A DNA stretch of 64,000 nucleotides from Takakia lepidozioides (taxonomy: Eukaryota; Plantae; Bryophyta): assembly GCA_030704615.1 (NCBI GenBank), contig CM060731.1, positions 14,074,001 to 14,138,000 of the forward strand. The letters are read 5' to 3'. Within the stretch, counting starts at the first letter, position 1. The number at the start of each line of letters is the position of its first letter. The position numbers and the translations under genes are program-made. The notes under the pieces were generated by a model that saw only the letters and a program-made list of their open reading frames with translations, ran no database searches and was not told the DNA's origin. Below are positions 1 to 13,500 of the stretch, one piece after another.

Positions 1-1818
1 AACAGAGACGGTAACTGCAATTCGAAGCCAAGTGCTACCCAACCCGTGTACACTTATGTACATATCAGATGAATATAGGCAGAGTCGACAGATTTGAAAA
101 CATCTGAAGAGGCCTGAAGAAGGTCCCCCAGAGATGATCTCAGGATTTTAGTGGGCCACGTACATTTATCAGGGGGAAAATGTAAATGACCACCCTCTAG
201 GCCCCCTTTTAAGTATTTTGAAATTTGAACAATGAGTGCTTTGCTCTACATACATTCCAATGGCTTGTTAGATCGCACTCGTGCGAGACTAAGGACTAGC
301 AGCAAGCAAATTTGTAATCGTCCTGATGTTGTCCGGGCTGCACAATATTCCTGGGTGATGAGTGTATGTGCACTTTTCGAAAAAGTCTGAATAAAGGACA
401 GCAAGGTTGATCGCGCATGACTCAATGTGGGTCCCCAAGCGCAGTTCATGCAATCTATCGAGTTGTATTCATCCATGAATATAACCGTCCAGATCCTATC
501 AGATATGTACAGGCTTGTATATATAAGCAAGTGCATAAATTACATTTCATGCCTCTCATATCCTCCCTAAGAGGCATTCACTTTTGAGTCCTACAATAGA
601 GTTTTTCCCTACAGAGTGGCGATCTGCCAGGATGACCAGCTACCTGCAGCTAGGATTTCGACCACTAAACACAAACACCAGCCTGGAACCAAGTACAACA
701 ATGAGGCAACCTCACTATCGCTAAGCAGCAGCTGAGATTCACTGATGTAGTTGCTTCTACTGGCATGCAGGCTCCGAAGAAATCGGCTAGCTCAAAGTAA
801 TGTTCGATATTTAATTTTTCGAGACTGTTGATTTCTGCCACACTATGCTGAACACACTGTGCACTGTTTTAGTTGATATGAGCTCTTTCATACTACCTTC
901 AATTCTTCTCAATCGTTGTATGTAAGGTTACCTATACCAATCACCCTGCAGAGCTTTTTAATGGGTAAATCTCTTCAACTCACCATCACGATGAGGATCA
1001 AACTCGCAATTTAACTGGACTTTCTACTCTGACTGCTGAAGGTTTTGGCTTCTGACTTGCGACCGAGTTTTGACCATGGCCACTAAACAATGCATAAACA
1101 AGTCTGGTCAGGAGGTCGTGGTATGGACAAGTGCAGAGGTTGACGCGCTGTGAATGGCACTCCTCGTCTTATAGTCGTGCACATGTGAATTGATCATGAA
1201 GACAAGTGTCACTATGGCTGCAACTTTAGTAGACAATTGTCAAAACATGCGGACAACAGTAGAGAATTGGAGATTTGACAGTTTTCACTTACATTTCTAA
1301 GAAGGTGCAGAGCAGAAGGGCATTGTCACTTGACACGCAGAATAACATACTGACTGTCCGCTCGCAAATGAGTTTCAACAAGTTTCTTTGCTTAGATGTA
1401 ATGTGCAGTCATGGATAACATTCCTTCTCTTCTCAGTAGACACCAGTTGCAGAACGCATGTATCTTGACATACATTGTTGAAACTCCAAAGTCGACAAAC
1501 CCAGAGAGGAAGCACAGAATCAAAGAGACATTATATAACCTACAAAAAGCTTACCTACACATAATATTGAAATGATATGTACAAAATCTGCACTTGATAC
1601 ACTCATTATTGGATCAACTAATCGCCTTTCGAGCATCCATCTTTGTATGGGTTCTGATGCTTTCAAAAAATGTGTAGCGAGGGTGTATTGTACCTAGGGT
1701 TTAAAATGAATTGTTCGTCACTGAAGTATGTGTGAAGAAGTTACACAGCATAAGTTTGCTGCAAATCAATGGGTGACGGATCAATATGGAAGGACTGCTT
1801 ACTGCCGGGAAATCCAAG

Positions 1819-4065
1819 CTAATATGATCCGATATGCTTCAGGTAGTTTGGATTTGTGATAGGCTGGTTGTAGAACTCTTCTTCAGAGAGTCGATAACTG
1901 GGTGAATAAGACTGGCTGGGTCTGTACTCGCTGGGGTAATGCTCTGTCCTATACTCACTGGGATGGTAAGCCTCTCCTGTTCTCATATGTTCTCTTGGAG
2001 GCAGAGGTTCTGTTGCTCTCATGTATTCTCTGGGAAGAGGCTGTGTTGTTCGCACATATTCCCTATGAGGCAGAGCCTCGGATGTCCTGACATACTCACT
2101 TGGGGGTCGACCCTCTGGGGTCCTCATATACTCCCCATGGGATAGAGGATCAGCTACTCTGCTGTACTCATGACCCGGTCTATACTCCATTGGGGGTGGA
2201 GGAGTCCCTCCTGGCCTCCCATATTCTCTGGGAGGATTATGCATTGAGGGTGGAGGCCCTCCTGGCCTCCCATACTCTCTGGGAGGACTGTGCATTGGGG
2301 GAGGAGGCCCTCCTGGCCTCCCATACTCTCCGGGAGTACTGTGCATTGGGGGAGGAGGCCCAGTTTGTCTGCTATACTCCCTGGGAGGATTATGCGCTTC
2401 GATGGGTCTATTTTCACGTGGGGGATATGCCTCAACAGGACGTCTCACATCGCTTGGTGGTGGTCTCAGGTCGTATTGCTTTGGGGGATACACTTCGCCC
2501 GCGCGTCTCATATACTCTCTTGCGAGCTCAGATCCCCTCCTCAGAAGACCCTTTTTCTCCTCCTGGGGCGCCTTCTCCATCTTCTCCCCTGACTTCTCAA
2601 TATTCACAGATGCTACAGGGGCGGCTGTTGGCTGCGACTCGACAGGCCAGAAGGTAGCTTTCTTGTCGACTTTCCTCTTCGCCTTCTTGAGCACTTGCTG
2701 AGGGTCGGGATTTCCGAAAACAGTCACCTTGGATTTTCCCTGGTCCGTGAGCACATCAACTACCCCTGCACAAGACCATGAACAAATCATAACTGTCAGA
2801 GTTGTACAAATGTTTTTACATTCCAGGTCCCCCACATGTCAACACCAGCGGCCGAAGGTTGTTCAGCAACACTACCACAGTAAGACTACATATTTGTGTG
2901 AACACATTGGGAAAATGCACATTTCCAGTTCCCCCAGCTTGTCTAGCTTTAATAGTTCAACACTGCCGCCACACACTGCAAATAGAAGAGAGGGAAGTAG
3001 AGTTGGCTGCTTATAAACACTCACCATCCAGTTCACCAATCTCCTCTCTAATTTTCTCTTCACATTTGACGCAGCACATTTTCACCTTCAATTCAAGCCT
3101 CTGCACAACGAAGACAGCGTCGATCAGGAACAACTGACAGAGTATATCTCCAGTTACGATTAGTTTAACAACTAGATGTTTGGTTGTAAACCGCGCAGGA
3201 GGTGTGCAGGCAACAGGCATTCAACAAATACACAGAAGTTCCACAGTTACTCGGAAACACATCTGCTCATCAAATTTCAGCTAGTTCTCTTTGGATCCAC
3301 TGGAAATGTTCCAGCTTACTTCTCCCTGAGGTGACTAAGCCTGACAGGTGAAAGACGCCTCAACATCCTGGGAACAGGACAGCAACTTCCAAGACTCCAT
3401 ATGTCGACTGATAATCAGGCTTTTGTGCAAATGTCAAGTTTGACACAAGTAAGCTTACCGGCAGCTTGGGCGCAGGTTGAGGAGCAACCCGTGGCCTTTG
3501 AGATGTTGGGGGTGGCGCAGCACCACGAGGGTCAGCCATCCAATTAGGATCATTGATCCGTGAGGGGGGCGGAGCACCACGACTGTCTATCATCCCATTC
3601 CGAGGTGGGGGGGGAGCACCACGACCGTCACCATAACTGTCAGTCATCCCGTTCCGAGGTGGGGGTGGAGCACCACGACCGTCAGCCATCCCATAGTGTG
3701 GGGGGGGTGCAGCATCACGAGCATCAGTCATCCACTTAGGATCATCGTTCCGCTTGCTGAACATCTGTAGAATTCAATCAAACCGCAAGGTACATTAAGA
3801 CATCAGGTCCCTACTCGAGGTCTGCAAATCAAACGGGAATACATTGAGCGATGAATTCTGCCCGAGCACATCCCTTCCATGCACCGACCCAACCTCGACA
3901 TGCCTAACAAACCCCTCCACCGTTCAGTGCAGGTGATTACTACCGACACTCTCACACACCAATGCAGTACAACACTCCCCGCACTAGCCAAATCCCACAT
4001 GAAACAAACCCAATTCGAAAATTGTCTGTAACCGCCTCCAATCTTACCTCATTCATGGACGCCAT
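1819..4065 (-). CDS. Heavy-metal-associated (HMA) domain protein, HIPP clade-II-like but without CaaX; Pro-rich repeats
   Basis: Four GT-AG exons in phase: 4065-4048 (MASMNE), 3764-3459, 3100-3025 (RLELKVKMCCVKCEEKIREEIGELD), 2765-1819 (GVVDVLTDQGKSKVTVFGNPDPQQVLKKAK...FWP...ITNPNYLKHIGSY*). Confidence 0.88.
1960..2400 (-). repeat. Coding tandem repeats in HMA gene last exon
   Basis: About four 51-nt units encoding PPREYGRPGGPPPxMHx, then about five 36-nt units encoding REY/HxRxxEPLP-like peptides. Confidence 0.85.
3500..3740 (-). repeat. Coding tandem repeats in HMA gene exon 2
   Basis: Repeated DxRGAPPPPRNGMxD units; gagcaccacgac recurs on the + strand. Confidence 0.8.
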
Positions 4066-5827
4066 TGCGGCGCTCCCACAATTTTCAGCTTCACAAAGTC
4101 CTCTGTCGCTGTGTACCAGGTGCGGGGGAACCTTGTGACAGAAGACGAACTAGGAGGAGAGCAGCCTTGATCAAAGCGTACAGACACAGACTTTCTAGAG
4201 AACACCGATTACGAAGGAAATCCCAGAATTAAAGACAGATGGAATCTCGGCTGGAAAACAACACACAGACAAAGGGATTGACAAGCTCTGAAAGGAAGAA
4301 AGAATGCAGGAAAGACAGGCGAGACAGGAGGTGGAAGCAAATCTGAAGAGCTCTGGCAGGAGACGACGTATATGAAGGAAGGCAGTCGTCTTTCCAGGAA
4401 CTGCCAAGTGTGGCACGCGGGTGAAAAGATCTGAGTTTGAGCGACGTATACGACTAAAATACTCTGGACCGTATATTTACCGGTGACCCTTCACAGCCGG
4501 TTGTGGGGAGGCCGGTGGCGGCTCTCTAATCGCTTGTGAGGGCGGCACGCGGCGTTGGGCGGTGGGTTACCCGAAGCTTCCTGGATGAAAACCGACACCT
4601 GCAAAATATGGATGAAAGTATGTTGGATTCCGACAATCTGAGGGGGCACATTGATTAGTGAGACCTAAACCCCTCACTAACGGTAACTAAGTACAACCTA
4701 ATTTATAAATGCGTCCTAAGCGGTCTTAAACCCCCATTAAATTATTGATTCTGATTAGCATAGGATCCTGTAATATGCTGCCCTTTCTTGAACCCACCAA
4801 ACCCGGATTGAGTTTCGCCCCAAAATTGTTAATTAAAATTAATTTTGACATTAACTATATTATTATGATTGTTTTCCCCTCCTCTATCAAATCATGGCAC
4901 CTTGACGTTCTTTTTTCCTCGCCTTACAATGCCTTTCTTATGCTTCTCAAGATAATACCTCCCTCAGATAACATCTTTCTTATTGAACATTTTATGAAAA
5001 ATAAAAATGGATGAATTTTCAGGTTTATTATGGATGAAAGTATATTTACCTATTCGCAAAGAGGAACCATTCGCGTCTAGCCACTTGTTAAAATTTTGTC
5101 AAATGAAATATTACACTATTGAGCTTGGTGATTTCTTCATGGACAGGTTCAAGATCCGCCGACCTAGAGGTCGGTTGGATATCCTACATATCTCGAAATT
5201 CGCAATGGGTTGCTTGGGTTTTACATAGAAGCCGCATGTTGCACCGGCGTGCGCGGCAAGCCTCAATATAGTTGATGTAGGTATTGAACAGTACGGCCAC
5301 GGAGCCACATGGCAGAAATTTTGCGGACCATTGCGGAAATCCGGACACTGCTGGAGCACATGGCGGAAGATGTATACAACACGTGATTCCGATCGCGCGG
5401 ATTTGTGGGACCCTATTCACCACAGGGCACCACTTCTCACCTTCTCGGAACTTCCATTAACAAATTAAGTCTAGTCGTTGCGGAGCACGGTTCCGGTGTA
5501 ACACTTGTAATTCCGCACTTACACACAGCAATGTGGTAACGGACGGGAATGCGACAGGAGGGGCAAGCAGAGCCGCAAGTGAGGATGTCCTACAGGGACG
5601 TGACACCGGACATAGGACTTGGAAGTGCTTATTAGTCATTGGTTTATGTTGGGGGCACCCTAACTAGGGATCAATGTTTAGACAAATTTGTGCGGTAGAG
5701 ACTTTCATCCCTCTGTCTAATATATTGAAGAGAGAGAGAAGCCGCCGGCCATAACTAAGATGAAGATTTCATACCGAGAGAAGCGGCTTTTACTTACGCT
5801 GGCTTCAAGGCAAAAATATTCTCTCTA

Positions 5828-5935
5828 TTTTTCCTTTTTCTTTAATAAAGGGGAGTGATGCCCCTGCGAACTTTATTTGGGATTATTAGGAGGAAAAAAA
5901 TAAAACCTCCGGGCAAACCACAAGGCTACCAAGCG
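5828..5935 (-). mobile_element. Short 3'-end copy of the L1-clade LINE
   Basis: Reverse complement gaggttttattttttcctcctaataatcccaaataaagtt..caggggcatcactcccct plus an A-rich tail closely resembles the LINE 3' end at 15385-15475. Confidence 0.65.
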
Positions 5936-6544
5936 AGAGCAAGCTCACGAAACCGTTATCCAATTTTATGCGTCATAACCGACTTTATACACTGAATAAG
6001 TAGTTTGACGCATATAATTTTTTCTTAAAAGACTAAATAGGTAACATATCACAAAAAATTAAATAAATGGAAGCACATCAGAGCATCGATGCTGATCATA
6101 TGCATGGGCCTGTGGGTCTGGAGTTCAATCCCCTATGGTCTCATTGGACTGTGGTATGCCTCATGGCTCATAACAAAGGGGATTTATTTTAGTGCAGCCA
6201 TTTCCTTCAAAATATAGAACAGACTGGAGAAATAAAACCATGAAAAAGAATTATAGGTACTTCACATTAGTTAAGTAATGAATTCCTGGACATGTAAGGA
6301 TCTCCAATCCAACCTACTAGGGTCTATCTGAGTCGCAATCTTCATATATATCAAGTTCTAGAAAATCTCAATAAGCCCCCCCAATGGGTGATGAGCTTCA
6401 TTAAGAAGAGCCTGATATACAATGTCTCTCCTACTGCTATCATTCCAGGTTCTCAAGTTCAACATTCTAATTTCCCAAAGTTAGTTGCCAGACTCCATAT
6501 AATTGATGCTCCTTAAGAATTTTCTTATTTTTTAAGAGGGAACC

Positions 6545-6612
6545 AACAGTCAGTAGCTCACTTGGATAGTGCACTGAAGACCACCCAGATGATTCTGGGG
6601 TCAAATCCTGTT
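6545..6612 (+). mobile_element. tRNA-like (Pol III A/B box) SINE head or tRNA pseudogene
   Basis: A-box-like TAGCTCACTTGG 6554-6565, B-box-like GGTCAAATCC 6599-6608, aacag/ctgtt flanking stem; no proper anticodon arm. Confidence 0.45.
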
Positions 6613-6687
6613 ACTTTGATGGGTACGGTATATTCTTCTCCCTTTGGGGGGTGTCCAATGCGAGTAAAGCCTGCGAGGCAAGGTTAT

Positions 6688-6821
6688 TTTCTCCTCTCAC
6701 TATAAAGAAGGGGCCTGATTTGTGAGCTGTCACTCCCAGGTATTTCCCTTTAAGAAATAAGAACAAACAATTTCTCCTCTCACTATACATAAGGGGCCTG
6801 ATTTGTGAGCTGTCACTCCCA
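6688..6821 (+). repeat. About 51-bp direct repeat, 2 copies
   Basis: tttctcctctcactataNaNaaggggcctgatttgtgagctgtcactccca at ~6688 and ~6771. Confidence 0.85.
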
Positions 6822-7531
6822 AGTTTTTTTTTTTCTTAGTGTGACAGTGGCCCAGGTTGGAATTTTATTTTATTGATGGGAAAAATAATTCAAACCCTTG
6901 ATGAAAGTATTTCCCTTTGAGAAATAAGAAAAAGAGGTTTCCTGAGGTTATTTTTTTCCTCAGTTTTATTAATAAAATTTGTCAGGGCTCCCCTGTTCCA
7001 AAAAAAAAGGGGGGGAAACGGGCCCAACAACATGATAATTTGGATATTGTAGAGGGTAATGTGAATTAAATATATTAAGTTATGATTTAGGTGGCTACAT
7101 TTTCAGGCCAACCTCTTTTCTAGAAAGATCGATCATGTTTTTGAGATTGTAGGTGGAAAGGAGCCAGGATGGAGGAAGAAGAAGAGCTCCGCAATGCGTG
7201 GTGTGTGCAAGCTTCGCCAATAGCCTCCACACCTCTTCAACCCTAGCACTCGGACTCCCCTTCCTCCCATCGCCTCTAAGTCCCATACAAGCAAATGTTG
7301 TACCACACAAATCATCCCGAACATAATAACTTGGTGCCATCGACAGGCCCCATCCCAATCACCGGATCTAAGCGGCTATCATGACGAGCCTGTCTATCTT
7401 CATCAGAGTCGCATGCTTAGCCGTATGCTTCTCAACTCACCTCTATTAATTCTGCCTAAAGCGCAGCCGCCAAGTGCATAAGTTCCCCCCCTAATCCCCT
7501 GCCATAACATCTTGGCCAATCCGATCCCTAC

Positions 7532-10500
7532 CTTTTTCATCATAGAATTGCTCAATGTCAGCCTCTGGTTTCAGTTTCCTAGGAGCCGTCTTCACTAACT
7601 CACCCCTAAGCCCCTACCCGCGCTTGTAGCAGCTGATCAGCTTAGGCCCCGTTTTTCAGCTTGTGCCCTTTCCTCCAGTCCTTCTTCTGGCCTTTCCTCG
7701 TTTGGCCTGCCTCATATGCCTGCAAGTTCGCTTGCGACCCTTTTGCTCGCATCTGGCTGATTCTTGTTATCCTCCCAATTGCCCCTCTCCTCCTTCTCCT
7801 CCAGCTCCCTCTCCTGTTGCTTTAGCTCGCTTCCTCTCCATGGCGCCCTTCCCTCACAAGACCTTCAACTCGGCAACCCATCGCCCAGGTCAAGGCCCAA
7901 GATTCCCGGATCTGTTGTTAGAGGGCTGCTTGGGACTTAGACGCTTTTACGGGTTCTGTGGGGTACCCTTAATTTTTTCGCAGACTTATGAATGGTAGAC
8001 TGAGACCAACAGGAGCCTTAGGGGTGGCAGGCGCAGGCTTTAGGGGGGATAGACAACTTGTCACAGTCTATCACAGCCTCCATCCGTCAACGGGGACAGG
8101 CTTCTTCATTGCGCATCAAACCCATTCCATGGGCCTTATGGCGCATAGTTCTTCTCGGGCAAACCGTCCCGCACCTCAGTTCGCTACAGGCCCTCCCTTG
8201 AGGACCCCCATTCACATTGCTGTTGTAGGGAGGTCTTCCAGGCCCTACTCAGATTCCCCGAGCCCGCCCATTCCGGGCAGCCCGCCCACGGATCTCTCGG
8301 AAGATTCCCCTTCAGACTCAACTGCCCTGCAGTCTGCAATCGCCAAGGACCACCCACTCGTCCCAGTGGAGCTCGACCAGATTGACTCAGATGCAGCTCA
8401 AATATGAGAACAACGGTATCCTTCTTCATTTCCCAGGCAAAAAGGTGACCAGAAACCAAGCGAGAGACTGGGCTAATCGTCATCTGGGAGCATCAGGTGA
8501 CTTGCTTCATCACTTTTTGTCATGCAAGGGGCCGTGGATTCTTCTCCATTCTTTTTTATTCCAAAGAGGTAGCGGACAAAGCCCGAGCATTCAATCCTCA
8601 TCTGCATGGGCTTAACGTCAATATTTTCCCATGGTCTAGATGCATGGGTAACAGGAATGGCAAGATTTGGAGCCCAAGGATCATATCGTTGCCTTACATT
8701 CCTGACCAATACCTCTTGAGCCTACCGGCTATAGGTAATTATTTTGGTGCTTTTTTGGGATGTCTGGCGATCTTTGACAATGATACATACACTGCCTCCC
8801 TGCGATAGCACCCAGCATGGAGAGGGGCAACCATATCATCAAAGGCGAATGAAAACGGATTTCCTAAGATAGTGGTGCTAATGCCCAACGATCAGGAACT
8901 TCCAGAATTCATCAGGCTACCAATTGATAATCAAGGCAATTATTTCTCTGTGAAAGTGTCCGAGGACACGGCAGCTGCGGCATGTTATTATTGTGGAAAA
9001 TCTGGGCACCTCAAGGCAGGTTGCCCCAAGCTGAAAAGGAGGAGAATGAACAACCCACAGGCTGGGCACGGAAGCACCGCAATTATTCAAAATTCAGCTC
9101 CTACCACAGATCCCCACCCAGGAATTCCATTCAAGCACAACGAGTCCTCTCTATGTCACCCACTCTCGCTAGAGAAAGTTGACCAGAGGCCTGCCCTTGA
9201 TCGGAGCAACCATGCCTGGGATAGTGCAGTCAATCAAATTTCTACCTCCCCCCCAACAAAGAAAAGAAGGCTAATTGAAGACCCTATGGTCATTGAGGCC
9301 TCCTCTGCACCAGCTTCCAAATCCCACAGAGGCAAGGGCCCCATCATCTCTGAACTCCAAGCTGCAAGCATCCAAGGCTCCTCTTCTTCAGATTTCCTCA
9401 AAGCCCACCTTCCAGCAACACTTCCTTCAATGCCCACCCCCATTCCAATTCCAGGGATTATCAATTGGGAGATGGAACAGGCCAAGAACAAAGGGAAAGC
9501 ATGCTCCAACATCATCACCAGGCACCCAGTGGAGCAAGCACATACACCACTTCGTCGCCCCTCACCGCTAGCACATAACCCTACAATTGCCAAAATTTGC
9601 GCCACTCTGGGAACATTTCCTTCACTCTCTCTCAAAGGCTGTTCGCAGCTAATCATCAGGGAAGATCCAGTCGCCACTCGTCTTACCCCTATGATTTTCA
9701 GAAGGAAACCAAACCTAGCTTTCAGGGTCACTGCTAGGGACAATATGCACTTTGACTCAATATGGATCTCGGTGCAGGACATCCACTCATTCATATCTAA
9801 GAGCCCCATGGATAGCTCCCCTATCCCGACCCTCTGCAACAAGATCAGGCCTATCTCAACTCCAACCTCCCTCTCTACTCTCTTTTCTCTCACTCTTTAG
9901 TCACTTGGGGCTCCTACGTAGAGGCCTTCCTTGGGCTTTGTCAAGATCTGTCTCCAAATACCAATATCTTGGCTCTCATGGACGAAAACCAGCTTATTCA
10001 AACTGGAACCACTCTCCCAGGGGTATGGGCAGAGGCTGACCACTTTGAAGGTCCTTACACTCCAAGCAAGGTCCTGACTAGGTCCAAAGACACCTTAAAA
10101 AACGCCTTCACAGTTCTTAAGGCCTATCTGGACATGGAAATTAAAGCGCAGAATGATGAAATCGATCGAAAGAGAATTGAAGACTACGGCAACCCCAGCT
10201 ACGTCCCAATGGGCTCTTGGTCGACCTCTAGCTCCTCCGACCTCCAGATCTTGCAATTCTTCACGCAGCATTCGCCAGAAGTCTCTCAACTGCACGCCGG
10301 GCACCTCCACCCAGTCACAACTCTGTTGCCTTCCCCGACACCGGCTCCCCTCCTTTCTCCATCCTTCCCTGTAAGTCACCCATTCCACGCTCAATCCACT
10401 CCCCTGCTTTTCTTTACATTCTTTTCGGACAAGGTATGCAGTATCCTATGTCTCTCGCTTGGGTCACTCCCCTTTGCCCCTGGAGGTAACAAGTGGAAAT

Positions 10501-13500
10501 TGCTGCCCTCATCTGCCTACCCACTGCCTCCTTATCACCTCTCCAAACTTCTAAATTTGCCTTCCACCCCCCAGCCCACCATAGTATCCATTAAAACATC
10601 CCTTCAAGATTCCAACAGATTTATCCCTCTTGACGACGCATGCAAACCTCTACCCAGTCCGCCAAGCACCAAGTCATATTCATCCACCTCAAGGACCCCA
10701 TCAGTGTGGAACCCCCAAGGCTCCACTGGTGTCCCTCCCCAAAGCCCACAGACAAACGTACCAAATTTCGTTTCTTTGCTTTACCCAGGCCATCAATTGA
10801 GTCTCATCCCCTCAACCTGTCTCCATCCCGCGATGCAGGTTAGCATGTCTTCCTGGAACATCAGGGGCCTGGGTTCTGACCAGAGGGCTCTCAAAAAGGT
10901 CAGGCTCTCAGCCTGGCTGGCACCTCTCATCACTACTCAGGCTATCGTCTTTCTCCAAGAACATCCTAAAGCTCACCAATCAGTTATGGCCTAAAGCTTT
11001 GGCTCTCTTGAAACCCTCTATTGAAGGAACTAGAGGAGGGACAACAATTCTTTTGTCCCCTTCCATCCACCAATTTTTCATCAAAGACGAGATCTGGGAA
11101 CCAGGGAGAGCACAATTCTGCTCCCTAAGATTCCCCAATGACACTGAGCCCACAGGTTTTATCAACATTTATGCGCCAAACGATTCTCCTCTCAGAGCGG
11201 ATCTCTGGGCCAAGATAAACCTCTAGATGGCGTATCACAGTGACATCTGCAGATGGATCGTGGCGAGTGATTTCAACATGGTAGAAAAGGAATCTGACAG
11301 AATGGAGAGTTCTGCAACTCACCTAAGCCCTGAAGAAGACCTCTCCTGGCAGTCTCTAATCCAGTCTCACAGCTTGGCAGAATTAGAAAGACCCCCCAGT
11401 GACCCAATGGGAGCTAACCCTTTCTTCACCTGGACCAACAACAGAGATATTAATGATCTTTGCATGGCAAGGCTTGACAGATTCTACTCCTCTATTTCCC
11501 TTTCCCCTGCTACCCGTCTATGCCCTCAGGATCCCATTCCCCAAGGTGTTGATCATGCACGAGTGTCTGCATCCCTCACTCTACCCAATTCCCACCCTAG
11601 AGGTAGAGGGATCTACAGGCTCAACTCCTCCCACCTTTGAATCTCTTCCTTCACTGATGGCCTTAAGTCGGCCTGGCTCTCCGCTGCAAACCACAACCCA
11701 TGCCCGGTCCAAAGATTCCAGGCCAAGCTCGCTGCCACTTGCAAAGTCAGTCAAGACCTCCGGGCCATTGCAGAAGCACAAAAAAGGAAGGCCCGAGCCC
11801 TCCAGAAATGCCTAAGTATCTGCCAAAGAAGGGTTGAATCTCAATCCTGCGACGCGCACACGTTTCAGTCATACCTGGAAGCCCGACATAACCTGGACTG
11901 CTACCACATAGAGCAAGAAAACAAAATGAAAATGCAGGCAAGGGTCAACTGGTCAACGAAGGGTGAAAAAATGAACAAATACTTCTTCCAAAAGGTGAAG
12001 CTCCGTAGATCCTCTCAGACAATCTCCCAGCTCTACACGGATCTCCCTGGTAACACTTCTTCCAACCCCAGGCAAATGTGCGCGTCTGCGTTCAATCACT
12101 TCTCCTCTCTGTTTCGGGCAGACTTAAAGGATCATGACTACCCAGACAGGCTTGCTGCTTGCCTTCAAACCATCCCCACTACTTTGAAGGCAGAGGAAGC
12201 GCTCCATCTTGAGGCAAGTCTTACCCCAGAAGAATTAGAGGATGCCCTTAAAGCCCTAAACAACAACAAAGCCCCTGGGATCGACGGTATGCCAGTAGAG
12301 TTCTTCAAATCTCTCTGGTCGACCATCTCCAAGGACTTCTGCGAAATGGCCAATGCCATTAAGGCCCAAGGCTTTATGACTGACTCCATGACTGAGGGGG
12401 TCATAACTCTGCTCTTCAAGAAAGGTGACAGAGCTAACCTTTCCAACTACAGGCCCATCACCTTGCTCAATGTAGCCTACAAGATCATCACCAAGGCCCT
12501 CGCGCTCCGCATTCAGCCCCTTCTCCCATCAATGATCAGGTCTGGTTAGGCAGGCTATGTGAAGGGAAGATACATCCTAGACAACGTCCTCATGGCTCAG
12601 GAGGCTAACCACTATGCAAGCAATTCGGGCTAGGCTCTTGCCCTCTAGCTCCTGGATTTTGAAAAGGCCTTCGACAAGGTAGATTTGTCTTTTCTCATGG
12701 CGGTCTTGAAGAAATCAGGCATCCCAACTGGCTTTCGCCAGTGGGTTCAGATTCTCCTTCAGGGAGCAACCAGCAGAGTCATGATCAACGGGCATCTGTC
12801 CAAGCCCTTCATGCTACAATGCTCAGTCAGACAGGGGTGCCCTCTAGCGCCCTTTCTCTTCTTTTTTGTAGCTGATACCCTTGGTCACATGCTGGACAAT
12901 AACACTCTAGTGAGGGGCCTCAACCTGCAGAACCCAAGAAATAACCACCGCAAACAAGTTAAGGATTCCATGTTTGTAGATGACCTGTCACTTGTCCATC
13001 ACTGGTAGGGCATTAGTTGCCAACCAAATCTTGCTGGCAGGGATCTGGTACTTTGCTTCAACTTGGCCCCGGGTCGAAACTCATCAAGGAAATCAGGAGA
13101 TTAATTAGGAACTTCATCTGGGGAGCGGAGTCTTCCACCCACAATAAAAGGCCCCAAGTATCCTGGGCCCAAATATGTCTTCCAAAAAAAGTGGGAGGCC
13201 TAGGTGTTTTGGATCCAGAATTGCAAATCAAGGCTCTTTTGGGAAAATGGATCCCCAGATTCATAGGGCTGGAGGGCGGCTGGTGGAAGCTCATGGTCAA
13301 TTCCACCATTTCCTCCTCCTCACCCTTGCAACGAGTCCTCTGGCCCGCATCCAATCGCTGGCTGCTGCAAGGCTTCAACCACAAATCTCTTGGTTCCCCT
13401 CTTTGGTCTTCAATCTGGAACTCCTGGAATTCCCTCAGACCATTCTTGAGGAAACAAGACCCTTCCACGTTCCAGGAAACACTAAGACAACACCTGTTCC

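Noticed and set aside
5153-5183. GC-rich hairpin (ccgacct/aggtcgg), possible Helitron end
   Set aside because: No CTRR terminus at the expected distance and no identifiable 5' end.
6545-6612. Functional tRNA gene (also B-box-like motifs at ~6120, ~16350 and ~40930)
   Set aside because: No canonical cloverleaf or anticodon arm; treated as SINE-like.
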